A program made the position numbers and the translations under genes. A stretch of DNA of 64,000 bases from a virus. The first letter of the stretch is position 1, and each line of letters opens with the position of its first letter. Positions 45,657-54,273 of the stretch are shown one piece after another. Where the stretch lies: IMG/VR virus record IMGVR_UViG_3300021225_000287, positions 3,826 to 67,825 of that record; one strand, 5' to 3'. The notes beneath the pieces were generated by a model. It did no database searches. It worked only from the letters and a program-made list of their open reading frames with translations, and was not told where the DNA came from.

Positions 45657-45818
45657 TTAGCCCATCTTGGTGCTGTGCTTATTGCCTTTCGTCGCTGCAC
45701 CTGTACCACGTGTCTTGACAGTCTGCGTCGATGCGATATTGTTTGGGTAGCCAGAGGAATTAGGAATAAGCCCTTGCTTGTTGTATGCCGAAGCAGGTTT
45801 GTTTTCGATCTTGGCCAT
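45657..45818 (-). CDS. Small basic protein (not in ORF track)
   Basis: TAATG-coupled 53-aa ORF MAKIENKPAS...VKTRGTGAATKGNKHSTKMG. Confidence 0.65.
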   Translation of the reverse strand: MAKIENKPASAYNKQGLIPNSSGYPNNIASTQTVKTRGTGAATKGNKHSTKMG

Positions 45819-46018
45819 TAACGCCCCCGACCAGAGCTCTTCTGGTTCATAGCACGGCTCAGATTCTTACCGTATTTCTTACGATCAAGGGAGGTAGGCC
45901 CACCCTTCTTCAGACCTTTCAGGTCAGTCTTCTTACCGCCGTGAAGCTGCTTGTCGTGCGCAGAAAATGCCTCTTTTACCATTTTCTTGTCTTGCGCTAC
46001 ATCGTCGTGTTTAGCCAT
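45818..46018 (-). CDS. Small basic protein
   Basis: Lys-rich; LKKGG motif; GGAG RBS. Confidence 0.6.
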   Translation of the reverse strand: MAKHDDVAQDKKMVKEAFSAHDKQLHGGKKTDLKGLKKGGPTSLDRKKYGKNLSRAMNQKSSGRGR

Positions 46019-46022
46019 GATA

Positions 46023-46604
46023 TTAAATCTCCACAGTTGTTGCTAATCGTGCTTCCCGTTCGCGCTGTCTTCGCATTTTCTGCGCTTCTGAGCGTTTCAA
46101 TCTAGTGTCTTCTGAATCCGGTGCGCGCTTAATCCCAGTAAGCTTAGCTGCTATTTTAGCCCTAGTAGCCTTGCTCCGCTTAGTTCCATACTGAGGATGG
46201 TTTTCCTTTTGTTTCGCGGCGGCTAAATTCGCTCGATGCTCCGTACTAAAAACCATTCCCCTACGGGACTCAGCTATCTTGCGTTTATGTTCCGCTGTAA
46301 ATACAACGCCTTCATGGAAACCATCCCCTCCGGGGCTTATATTGTATCCGTTGTGCTGAGTGCCAACTTCACTAATGAGAAACTGTTCAAGTTCACAAGC
46401 ATCTTCTCGCGAAATGCACCAATGAATGACCGATAGCTCAAAAACATCGACTCCATACTTCGCTATGGCTCGACTTAGCGCCCAATTTTGCGTAGGTGCG
46501 GCTTTTACGTGCTGTCTCCACCGCCTAGCTGGATCACAAGTGATTCCAAAATATAGCCTACCATTTAAGGTATTCTCTATTTTGTACACCGCTACTTCAG
46601 TCAT
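46023..46604 (-). CDS. Free-standing GIY-YIG homing endonuclease with NUMOD3-like repeats
   Basis: AVYKIEN..NGRLYFGIT..PARRWRQH, GYN, repeats HKRKIAESRRG and TRAKIA. Confidence 0.85.
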   Translation of the reverse strand: MTEVAVYKIENTLNGRLYFGITCDPARRWRQHVKAAPTQNWALSRAIAKYGVDVFELSVIHWCISREDACELEQFLISEVGTQHNGYNISPGGDGFHEGVVFTAEHKRKIAESRRGMVFSTEHRANLAAAKQKENHPQYGTKRSKATRAKIAAKLTGIKRAPDSEDTRLKRSEAQKMRRQREREARLATTVEI

Positions 46605-46613
46605 CTAGGTGCC

Positions 46614-46997
46614 TCACAGAATGGCATTGCCCGGAAGCGGAGGAACGATCACGACACCGGGGGTTACAGAAGTGAACGCCGTAATTCTAACATTGTTCAG
46701 GTAAGTGGTTACCTGCTGGGTAGCCACAGGGTTAAAAGCAAAATCGCTACAGGAATCATTCCTATTTGTATCAGGACGAGGCTCACGAAGCGCCTGCGGG
46801 TCATTGCTGACTTTTTGCGATCCTATGATACCGACCCAGTTTTGAGGATGATCAGGGTCCCAGCATTCGGGGCAGACCTTTTCATTGATCAGCTTGCCCA
46901 TGATATAAAACTTCTTGAGCTTCTTCAGATCGTATCTCTGCGCACAACGGTCACAGAAACCGAAGGCCCGCTTGTAACTAGCGAACCGTGTAGCCAT
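46614..46997 (-). CDS. Zn-ribbon protein
   Basis: CDRC...VCPECWDPDHPQ...ALREPRPD. Confidence 0.65.
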   Translation of the reverse strand: MATRFASYKRAFGFCDRCAQRYDLKKLKKFYIMGKLINEKVCPECWDPDHPQNWVGIIGSQKVSNDPQALREPRPDTNRNDSCSDFAFNPVATQQVTTYLNNVRITAFTSVTPGVVIVPPLPGNAIL

Positions 46998-47701
46998 TAC
47001 CAACCACCGCCTAAGTAACCTGCCATTGGGACTAGCCTTATAGGAGCCTTATCCCTATCCTCATCCTTAGCAAGTTGCAACGCCTCGTCATAGGCGGCTT
47101 TCAGGAGCTGTACACGGTTCATATCCAGTTCCGGCTGCTTACGCGCCAAGTGATACGCTAAACCCGCTGTGAGGGCTTCATAGAAGCGAAACGGTACATC
47201 CTGCGTTGTAGTACCCGACTGCCCTGCGTCTTCAACTCTTCTGAGGTACCAGTAGTGAAAGCTGTACCCTGACTGATTAGGCACCTGCCACAGGTAGATC
47301 TTAGGGATCGGAGACTGCCTATTAACCCACACCTGCACAGGGCGTCCTTGAGCCAGCTTGTTCGGAATTGCATCGTAGGTCGGAAGCGCAATGCGCGGAA
47401 TTACCAGATCCGTCTGGTTATATTGGCTACCCGGATTCTGACGAATCACCTGATCCACGAGGTCTACACAATCGGCGGGAAGATCGTAAATGTACTGCCC
47501 CTGCACCAGAGGGATGTCCGCCTCTTCATAAGTCCAGAGATTCAGCCCGTGATTCGCGAGTTCCGTAATAAGGTAATTAAGACTACGCCGCGCTGTACGC
47601 GCCTGATAACCCGTGCGGATTTCGAGCCCGACGCGCTCGTATGCTTCTTCGATGATTTCATCGAGCTGAGGGTTCCAGTTGGCAGTGCCGGAAGTAGCCA
47701 C
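46997..47701 (-). CDS. Head-tail connector/tail tubular A-like protein
   Basis: IIEEAYER.G, ARRSLN, G.NLW, IPNK...GRP, VPFRF...GLAY. Confidence 0.6.
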   Translation of the reverse strand: MATSGTANWNPQLDEIIEEAYERVGLEIRTGYQARTARRSLNYLITELANHGLNLWTYEEADIPLVQGQYIYDLPADCVDLVDQVIRQNPGSQYNQTDLVIPRIALPTYDAIPNKLAQGRPVQVWVNRQSPIPKIYLWQVPNQSGYSFHYWYLRRVEDAGQSGTTTQDVPFRFYEALTAGLAYHLARKQPELDMNRVQLLKAAYDEALQLAKDEDRDKAPIRLVPMAGYLGGGW

Positions 47702-47703
47702 AA

Positions 47704-47988
47704 TTAACCCCAAATAGCCGTGAGAGCCGATACGTGCGAAACCTCAGCATAAATGCTGGTAGGGAATAGTACCCCTTCACCCGGAAGGAGAAGATAGATA
47801 GTGAACGTGTCACTTGTGCCAACATCGAGTTCCATAAGAACGGTGCCTGTTACGCTGCCGTCACGGAATTTGATAAAGCCGTTGGTGCCATCGCCACGAT
47901 AAGAAACGCTCTTCAACCGCGCACGGTCAGAAGTAACAGCGCCGCTGGCGGCGAGATGGGTGGTTTTTACGTCATACTGCATCGTCAT
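47704..47988 (-). CDS. Small virion protein
   Basis: LPGEGVLF motif; RBS before ATG 47988. Confidence 0.55.
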   Translation of the reverse strand: MTMQYDVKTTHLAASGAVTSDRARLKSVSYRGDGTNGFIKFRDGSVTGTVLMELDVGTSDTFTIYLLLPGEGVLFPTSIYAEVSHVSALTAIWG

Positions 47989-47999
47989 GGCGATTCCTC

Positions 48000-48263
48000 T
48001 TAACCACAATTCCAAGCCCGCAGGCTTTTGTTGATTCTACTATTCGGGTCACTAGCAGTCTTGCTGCTCGTGAGTTTCTTTTTCATACCCTGCATTCTTG
48101 AGCAAAATGACTTGCGTCGGCCTGCGTCTTCCTTCGTCTTGGGGTTTGGCGCCGGAGGCTTCAGGTTCATCCCCTGCTTCTTAGCAGAAGCGCGACCCTT
48201 AGCGTTCAATCCGCCCTTGGGGTCTTTGCCTTCAGAACGCTGCCATGCGGGTGACTTAGCCAT
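48000..48263 (-). CDS. Small basic conserved phage protein (DUF6321-like)
   Basis: PAWQRSEGK.PKGGLN.KGRAS...RRKSFC.RM...SRINKSLRAWNC. Confidence 0.6.
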   Translation of the reverse strand: MAKSPAWQRSEGKDPKGGLNAKGRASAKKQGMNLKPPAPNPKTKEDAGRRKSFCSRMQGMKKKLTSSKTASDPNSRINKSLRAWNCG

Positions 48264-48535
48264 TACACGAACCTACCTTTGGTTTTCCCGCGCTGTACGC
48301 AACCGTCGCCTTTAAATGACTTTACTGTACCGCCTTTTTTCATCTGCGTAACGCCCGTTGATGGCAGGGAAGTCAGCTTGTTGCTTGGCCCCATTGAAGG
48401 CTTACCAACAGGCATAGTACTCATAGAGCCACCAACAGGAGGCTTACCAACAGGCATAGTACTCATAGAGCCACCAACAGGCATAGTACTCATAGAGCCA
48501 CCAACACCAAATTTTTTAATTTTCTTAGCCATCAC
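48263..48535 (-). CDS. Small basic protein with a tandem repeat and GKTKGR tail
   Basis: GGSMSTMPV x3; ends GDGCVQRGKTKGRFV. Confidence 0.65.
   Translation of the reverse strand: MMAKKIKKFGVGGSMSTMPVGGSMSTMPVGKPPVGGSMSTMPVGKPSMGPSNKLTSLPSTGVTQMKKGGTVKSFKGDGCVQRGKTKGRFV
48405..48500. repeat. Three exact copies of a 27-nt unit
   Basis: CCAACAGGCATAGTACTCATAGAGCCA at 48405, 48447 and 48474. Confidence 0.9.
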
Positions 48536-48687
48536 TTCTTCCTCGCTGCGCGGAGGTTATCCACGAGATTCGGGTAAGGACGCCCTGCCTTTTTCGCCGC
48601 GGCTTTGGCCGCTGACTTCTTGGCTGAGCTCAGCTTTTTAGGCTTTCCGAGACCCTTGGGTCTGGGTTTGTCCCACACTTCTTTCAT
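48532..48687 (-). CDS. Small Lys/Ala-rich protein (not in ORF track)
   Basis: ATGA-coupled 51-aa ORF MKEVWDKPRPKGLGKPKKLSSAKKSAAKAAAKKAGRPYPNLVDN... Confidence 0.65.
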   Translation of the reverse strand: MKEVWDKPRPKGLGKPKKLSSAKKSAAKAAAKKAGRPYPNLVDNLRAARKK

Positions 48688-49115
48688 CGCTGCTGCGGCC
48701 TCTGGACTGTTTGAGATGTAGGATTGCCCTGAATCTGGAGCCCTTGTTGGGGACGAAACTGCGCCATACTAGGCGGTTTATTGCCTTGCCACTGCACAGG
48801 AGACTGCATCTGATTCACAGGTTGACCACCAATACCAGCATCGCTCCCGCTTCCGTCATATCCCATATTGGCAGGAGCATAACTTCCACCGTTATCAGGG
48901 CTTTGTTGCGCTTGTACTGGAGGCGGCATATCAGTTAACGGTGCAGGTTGCTGTGCTTGATTGGGTTGGCCTTGACCTTGGTACTGCATAAAGGTCTGAT
49001 TGGGGGAAGCAAAGTTGTTATACCCAGACTGGGTGTTCATAGCTCCGGGCGGTTGGAACATCTGCCCCAACTGCCCACCCTGCGCATAGCCTGCGCCTTG
49101 GCCTCCCCCAGCCAT
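48684..49115 (-). CDS. Gln/Pro/Gly-rich disordered protein
   Basis: TGATG coupling; low complexity; YAQGG motif. Confidence 0.55.
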   Translation of the reverse strand: MAGGGQGAGYAQGGQLGQMFQPPGAMNTQSGYNNFASPNQTFMQYQGQGQPNQAQQPAPLTDMPPPVQAQQSPDNGGSYAPANMGYDGSGSDAGIGGQPVNQMQSPVQWQGNKPPSMAQFRPQQGLQIQGNPTSQTVQRPQQR

Positions 49116-50011
49116 CAGATGAACCGCCCCTTGGTACGGCCACGCATGGCCTTACCATCACCACGACCACCTACACGGCCTCCACGCTTATACCCATCAG
49201 TTGCATCATCTGCTGCTGATTGGAACTCTTCCATGGCACCTTTCATACGACCCGTAGCGCCCGCCATATCTGCAGAGGTATCTCGCATTTTAGCTGCTGA
49301 AGCACGAAGATCATTCAGGAAAGCATCGTCATCCGCCGTAGCACGGGGTTTACGGGCGACAGGCTTAGGTGCAGGTTTTCCAGTAGGTCCTAGCGGGCGA
49401 GGCGGGCCAACATCAGCGGCGTCAGTGAATCCGGTAGACGCTCTCTTAGGGGCTACACCAACAGGTAGGTCGCCTTTCATGACAACACGCTGATTGCCTT
49501 TATCCGACTTATTCAACGCCGCAATAGTGCCTGTGGTGTCCATACCAGCATTGGGTCCGGTAGCCAGTGCTTGAATGCCTTTTTGCGCACCAATACCCAT
49601 TCCAGCGCCTATACCCAGAGCTGCGGCCCTACCCATATTGCTGCCACGTTGCCCTCTACCTGACATGTCTTCCGCGGAAGGCAAGTTCAATTTAGGGCTC
49701 GGTAAGGCTTTAGGAGCCGTTTTAATCCCAGAGCCTTGGCCTGCCAGTTTTTCACCAGAAGGGCGATTTCTTAAATCAACATCAATCGTGGGCCTACCGG
49801 GACGAGCTACGGATGTAGAACCCCGCTTTGCTACAGAACGCCCCTTAGGTGAGTCTAAGCTGGTCTTACTGCTTCTAGGGACAAGATTACCACCAGAAGA
49901 ACTGGGTCTAGTCGCCAAGGCATCACGCAGGATGTCCGTAGCAGTTGAACCACCACCCTCAAACCGCCTTTTACCCGAAGCGTTCTTTTTCATAGCGGGT
50001 TTCTTAGCCAT
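49115..50011 (-). CDS. Basic disordered protein with GRTKGR tail
   Basis: Ends YKRGGRVGGRGDGKAMRGRTKGRFI. Confidence 0.6.
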   Translation of the reverse strand: MAKKPAMKKNASGKRRFEGGGSTATDILRDALATRPSSSGGNLVPRSSKTSLDSPKGRSVAKRGSTSVARPGRPTIDVDLRNRPSGEKLAGQGSGIKTAPKALPSPKLNLPSAEDMSGRGQRGSNMGRAAALGIGAGMGIGAQKGIQALATGPNAGMDTTGTIAALNKSDKGNQRVVMKGDLPVGVAPKRASTGFTDAADVGPPRPLGPTGKPAPKPVARKPRATADDDAFLNDLRASAAKMRDTSADMAGATGRMKGAMEEFQSAADDATDGYKRGGRVGGRGDGKAMRGRTKGRFI

Positions 50012-50013
50012 GA

Positions 50014-50358
50014 TTACACCTTCTTGCAGCTTGTGCGCCCTTTCTTAGCGATACCATCGATACCACTCTTACCTACCATACCGCCTTTAGCATAGCACGC
50101 GCCACCAGAAGCCATCTTCTTAGGAGCACACATACCACCCTTCTTCATACCCGGCATAGCTGAGCGAAGTCCTGAAGACGGAGGCTGCGGAGCCATTGCT
50201 GCGCCTACGGACATAGAGTCCAGCGGACGCTTGGCGGAAATTTTAAGGGATGATTTCTTCGGCTTGGGAGCCATTGATTTACGAGCGTCTGCTTTAGCCA
50301 TTTTGTTACCTCTAGCCTGTTCTTGGATATCAGAGATACCCCGTGAAGATCTGGTCAT
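50014..50358 (-). CDS. Small basic protein
   Basis: MKKGG, MASGG and YAKGG motifs; ends DGIAKKGRTSCKKV. Confidence 0.6.
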   Translation of the reverse strand: MTRSSRGISDIQEQARGNKMAKADARKSMAPKPKKSSLKISAKRPLDSMSVGAAMAPQPPSSGLRSAMPGMKKGGMCAPKKMASGGACYAKGGMVGKSGIDGIAKKGRTSCKKV

Positions 50359-50588
50359 TTGTCTACCTTCTGTTCCAGCTTGTCCATGATGCGATTGAAC
50401 ATGCCTTTGATCTCAGCCATATCGATCCGGTAGTCATCCTTGCGAACATAGTTCTCGTGGATCATTCGGTTGGTTTCTTTCATGTCTTCTTTGAGCTCGC
50501 GAATCGCGTCCCAGACAATCTTGAATAACCAACCGAACAGCGCTCCTACAAGAGCTATGACTCCATCAACTATGTATTGCACATCCAT
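50355..50588 (-). CDS. Single-TM coiled-coil protein
   Basis: VIALVGALFGWLF...YVRKDDY...IMDKLE. Confidence 0.6.
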   Translation of the reverse strand: MDVQYIVDGVIALVGALFGWLFKIVWDAIRELKEDMKETNRMIHENYVRKDDYRIDMAEIKGMFNRIMDKLEQKVDK

Positions 50589-50601
50589 TGCACTACCCCA
50601 A

Positions 50602-51069
50602 TTACGGGGTAGGTGCTGAAGATCCATCGGAGTTCTTCTGAACGTAGGTGACGGTGATCGTCGCTGCGCCAGTAGCTGCAGAACCTGCGGTGGTTGCAAC
50701 AACCAGAACGTCCGAAGTACCGATGTTGTTAATTGCCGTGGTGACAATCGTCGGAGAAGCTGCCAGAGCGGTGCTGATCAAGCCCACAGAAGTGATCGTC
50801 GTAGAGGTGACAAACTTATTAGCGGTCGTGCCATCACCCACAACCAGCGTGGTCGCTGAGTTGAAAACGGTGGTGGTATTAACCTGAATGTCGAGGATCT
50901 GAGATCCTGCCGGAAGAACAGCTACGGTGGTGGTGCCAGCCGCTGCAGGAACTGCAGTAGACTGAGAAAGGACCGTAAGGCCCATGTTTGCAACGGTGCC
51001 CGGAGTGGTTCCGGTGGTGTCCTTAACGGTTCCGGTGCGCCATACACCAAGATGAGATGCGAAGCCCAT
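50602..51069 (-). CDS. Virion structural (capsid decoration-like) protein
   Basis: Thr/Ala-rich; LPAGSQILDI; near the capsid gene. Confidence 0.6.
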   Translation of the reverse strand: MGFASHLGVWRTGTVKDTTGTTPGTVANMGLTVLSQSTAVPAAAGTTTVAVLPAGSQILDIQVNTTTVFNSATTLVVGDGTTANKFVTSTTITSVGLISTALAASPTIVTTAINNIGTSDVLVVATTAGSAATGAATITVTYVQKNSDGSSAPTP

Positions 51070-51079
51070 GATAATTACC

Positions 51080-51150
51080 TTTGCACTTGCGCCTGTCGTC
51101 TTGTGCGGAGTCTGCTAGGGCAGTCGAGCAGGCAATGAAAAACCCCTAGA
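51080..51150 (-). ncRNA. Candidate structured RNA leader (possible pseudoknot)
   Basis: Several nested or crossing complementary segments between a sigma70-like promoter and the start codon (see findings). Confidence 0.35.
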
Positions 51151-51159
51151 TTTAGGTTC

Positions 51160-51188
51160 CTTATAGGCTACTTAGGTAGGGGTGTCAA
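51160..51188 (-). promoter_or_regulatory. Putative sigma70 promoter
   Basis: TTGACA-17 nt-TATAAG on the - strand. Confidence 0.55.
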
Positions 51189-52014
51189 CTCCAAAGAAAT
51201 CGTCAGCGTAGTAAAACTCCCACCCTTTAAATTCGCCCTTACTGATAGGCCATTTTGCTTTCAACGCACGATTGATAGTAGCGGGTTTGAGCCCCGTTTC
51301 ATTGCGTAATTCAGTGATGCTGTTGTATAGGCTAGATGCTCCGTTGGGGTACACCACAACGATCTGTTTGCTCATCTTGAGCTTAGATTCTTCTGAATGC
51401 TTCCGGCCTTCCCAGTGTGAATAATGCCCTGCTTCTGCCGCGGCACGGATCTTAGCCATGCCCTCTGCGGATACGGTTCGACCCGGTGCTTTAGGTTTAC
51501 CCCGTTGCGTGTCACCAATCTTCTTGCGGGTCTCTTCGCTTACCGTTTTGCCGTAGCGATAGTGGTCTGAGCCTGCCGCCTTGCCCGTCCTAGTCGCTGA
51601 CATTTGCGCACGGGATTCTTCTGTGTGCTGTGCACCTTGTCTTGGGTGCCCATCGCGTTCTAGCCACGCTTTAGTTTTTTCTGCCAGTTTAGCCCTAATC
51701 TCAGGACTCGCATCTCGCATTGGTGAGTCGGCATGAGCGGCCACGTTGTAGCAGTAGTCCTTACCAAAATGCTCATCCAACCACTTCTGCTCAGCGGGGT
51801 AGAGCTCTTCTTTAGAATTGAGCTGCTCAATAATCTCAAACTTGAAGCAGTCTTCTCCGTATTTGTTCCAAGCCCGTTGTAAGTGGATACAGTCATGGTT
51901 ACCCAAACGTAGAGCTTTACGGTGCGCCCAGAAGCGTTTGCGGGAATCGACAGTGCTGCCGACATAAAACTTGTCGTTGACGACGTTGCGAATTTTATAG
52001 ATGACGTTCTTCAT
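51172..52014 (-). CDS. Free-standing GIY-YIG homing endonuclease with NUMOD3/NUMOD1-like domains
   Basis: VIYKIRN..NDKFYVGST..RKRFWAH, HLQRAWNKYG, YN, repeats HTEESRAQMS, ETRKKIG, HSEESKLKMS; GGAGG RBS. Confidence 0.88.
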   Translation of the reverse strand: MKNVIYKIRNVVNDKFYVGSTVDSRKRFWAHRKALRLGNHDCIHLQRAWNKYGEDCFKFEIIEQLNSKEELYPAEQKWLDEHFGKDYCYNVAAHADSPMRDASPEIRAKLAEKTKAWLERDGHPRQGAQHTEESRAQMSATRTGKAAGSDHYRYGKTVSEETRKKIGDTQRGKPKAPGRTVSAEGMAKIRAAAEAGHYSHWEGRKHSEESKLKMSKQIVVVYPNGASSLYNSITELRNETGLKPATINRALKAKWPISKGEFKGWEFYYADDFFGVDTPT

Positions 52015-52071
52015 GGTTACCTCCAGTTGGTAGAGATATTAAGCCACCGAAAGAACACCGTGTCAACAGAC

Positions 52072-52097
52072 AAAAGAAAAGGCCCCGAAGGGCCTTT
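52072..52097 (-). terminator. Rho-independent terminator after the major capsid gene
   Basis: AAAGGCCC-TTCG-GGGCCTTT followed by a T-rich tail on the - strand. Confidence 0.85.
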
Positions 52098-52126
52098 CCA
52101 GTAACCACCTAAGTGATTGATTTTCC

Positions 52127-53041
52127 TCAGCTTGAGCCTTGTGAGCCGAACACTCCGAGGAAATCGGACCATCCAAAGCTGTAACGTTCTCTCGCCTTAT
52201 AACGTGCGTTCCCTGTATCGAAGTCTGCATCCATTGAAGTAGACAGCGGGGTACGGACAAAGTGCTTGAGACCGTTCGGTACATCAGTGCTGAGGAACCA
52301 AGCGTTGGTGTCAGTCAACCAGTGGTTAACAGTGTAACCGCCGGGGATAGAACCGTTGTTCTTCAGAGCGTTGATGTCGTTGTCGGTGGTGCCAACGCGG
52401 AGCTCAGTTTCGAGGATGCGGGTCGCCACGAACTGCAGTGCAGACGGGATGATCAGCTTCTTCGGCTTAGCTGCGATGAGCAGGCCACGTTCGTCAGTCC
52501 ACAGAGAGATCTGAATTACCGCATTTTCAAGTGAGGTTTCGTTCAGATCCGCCGGGGTAGACGGGATGTTGGAGATGGTTCCACCGTAGGTCAGCGGGTG
52601 AGATGCAGAGAACAAAGGCTGACCGTCGCCACCAGTGTAGCTAGAGTTGAAACCGTTGTTCAGGATGTTTGCACCCTTGACTTCCTTGGTGTACGCCATA
52701 GCACGAGCCAGCGCCTTGGTATAACGAGCAGACAGTGAGTCATACAGGTTATCTTCGATTGCTTCCTCAGTGAGGGAGAAACCGAGAGCGATGGTTTCAT
52801 GGGTATAGCGGGTAGACCATGCTTCCTGAGCAGCGTCATACGCGATGGCGCTACCTTCGTTCTTGACAGGAGCTGCACCGAAACCGGAGAGCTTCTGTTC
52901 TTCTTCAAAGGAACGCTCAGAACTTTCGATCTCGAAGAGTTCCTTGTATTCCTCACCATACCGCTCATATTCCAGACCGAACAGGGCGTTCAAGCCGGGG
53001 AGCAGCTCCTTAAGTAATTGCGCGCGTGAAGTAGCAGCCAT
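52127..53041 (-). CDS. Major capsid protein (HK97 fold)
   Basis: SRAQLLKELLPGLNALFG, HETIALGFS.TEEA.EDNLY, DFDTGN.RYKARERYSFG; follows portal and scaffold; strong terminator. Confidence 0.85.
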   Translation of the reverse strand: MAATSRAQLLKELLPGLNALFGLEYERYGEEYKELFEIESSERSFEEEQKLSGFGAAPVKNEGSAIAYDAAQEAWSTRYTHETIALGFSLTEEAIEDNLYDSLSARYTKALARAMAYTKEVKGANILNNGFNSSYTGGDGQPLFSASHPLTYGGTISNIPSTPADLNETSLENAVIQISLWTDERGLLIAAKPKKLIIPSALQFVATRILETELRVGTTDNDINALKNNGSIPGGYTVNHWLTDTNAWFLSTDVPNGLKHFVRTPLSTSMDADFDTGNARYKARERYSFGWSDFLGVFGSQGSS

Positions 53042-53054
53042 GTGACTTTACTCC

Positions 53055-53768
53055 TTATACACCAACGGGGTTACGGTAGGCATGGCCACCAGTAACGGTT
53101 ACAGCAGAGACGGTGTACGGAGAAGTCGTAGCCTGAGTCACAGCCATTGACGGCGGGGTGTACGCAACAACGATTTCTTGGAAGGTACCGTCAGTCAGTG
53201 CGGTCAGAGTAACCACATCAACAACGCGGAACGGCAGGGTAGCCGTCGTCGCCTTAGAAGCGAGGTTAGCAGAGATAACACTGTTGCCAGTCGCGGTGTT
53301 TACCAGAGCAGTGCCGCTGGTGCCGCCCGCCTGATAGTAGCCAAGATTAGCGCCAACGTCAGCAGCGGTAGCACCAGAAGCGGTGTACGCGGTACCAGAA
53401 CCGTTGGTAACCAGAACCTTGAACAGGGCGTTCGGATCATCGCAGACAACTGCGTATGCGTCAGAAGCCGTGGTGTTCGCGGTCCAAGACTGTGACCACA
53501 GCGCATACTTCAGACCAGAAGCCTGAGTAAAGCTGCAGCCGAGGAAGATACCAATCGGCGGATTAGCGAAAGCCGCTTTTGCGCCAGTAGAGGTGTCCAT
53601 ACGAGCGATGGTGCCATCGGCCTGAAGGATCACGAGATCCCCATAACCAATGTTTTGTGCGTAGCCAGAAGCAATCGGAAGTTTCCGAGTTGCGCCAGCA
53701 AACACACGACCACCCTCAAGATTGTACGGCGCGAAGCCGTAGGGGCCGAGGCCAGCAGGATATGCCAT
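53055..53768 (-). CDS. Capsid-associated (decoration/cement) protein
   Basis: PYGF.P, IASGY..NI..GD.V, GIFLGC, V.DDP..LF; immediately upstream of the major capsid gene. Confidence 0.6.
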   Translation of the reverse strand: MAYPAGLGPYGFAPYNLEGGRVFAGATRKLPIASGYAQNIGYGDLVILQADGTIARMDTSTGAKAAFANPPIGIFLGCSFTQASGLKYALWSQSWTANTTASDAYAVVCDDPNALFKVLVTNGSGTAYTASGATAADVGANLGYYQAGGTSGTALVNTATGNSVISANLASKATTATLPFRVVDVVTLTALTDGTFQEIVVAYTPPSMAVTQATTSPYTVSAVTVTGGHAYRNPVGV

Positions 53769-53805
53769 AAAGAACTCCTAAAAGTTAACGACGGCCCCTA
53801 ATTTC

Positions 53806-54273
53806 TCAGGAACCGCTACCAAAAGACACTTTGGACTTCCCTTCTCTAAAGAGGGGCATCCGAGGATCGTTTTCGCGGAAAAGATTATTGTCAACGGACT
53901 GCGTCTGCTTCTGAGTCATATCTGCATAGTACGCATCACGCTGATCAAGCATCTCTCTAGGCGCTTTACAAAGCACCAGACCACCAATCTCGATGAGATC
54001 AGAGGACGGAGCCAAACCAAACGCTGCAAAATCCGAACTGATTTCTGGGTGGTCGGAAGCCTTACAAGGAACCCAACCTTCGCGTCTTGAACGAGCCATG
54101 TTCGCGGGATCAGGGTTACCCATCATTGAAATGCGAATCCAACGGAATCCATACCCATCAACAGGGTTCGGTACAGGAAGATCATGTGCGGGCTTCCAAG
54201 AAACCTGCCTTGCTTCCGTCTCACGAGTTTCCGTAGAACGGGGCTTACGACTCAAATCAATTTGATTAGCCAT
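53806..54273 (-). CDS. Conserved head-module protein
   Basis: GYGFRWIR...REGW.P...GGLVLCK...RENDPRMP. Confidence 0.65.
   Translation of the reverse strand: MANQIDLSRKPRSTETRETEARQVSWKPAHDLPVPNPVDGYGFRWIRISMMGNPDPANMARSRREGWVPCKASDHPEISSDFAAFGLAPSSDLIEIGGLVLCKAPREMLDQRDAYYADMTQKQTQSVDNNLFRENDPRMPLFREGKSKVSFGSGS

Noticed and set aside
48405-48500. Mini CRISPR array from the 27-nt repeats
   Set aside because: Copies are adjacent or separated by only 15 nt and lie in a coding frame; no unique spacers.
51172-52014. Group I intron in the capsid gene carrying the GIY-YIG ORF
   Set aside because: The capsid gene ends normally and is followed by a terminator, and the endonuclease has its own RBS. 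It appears free-standing.
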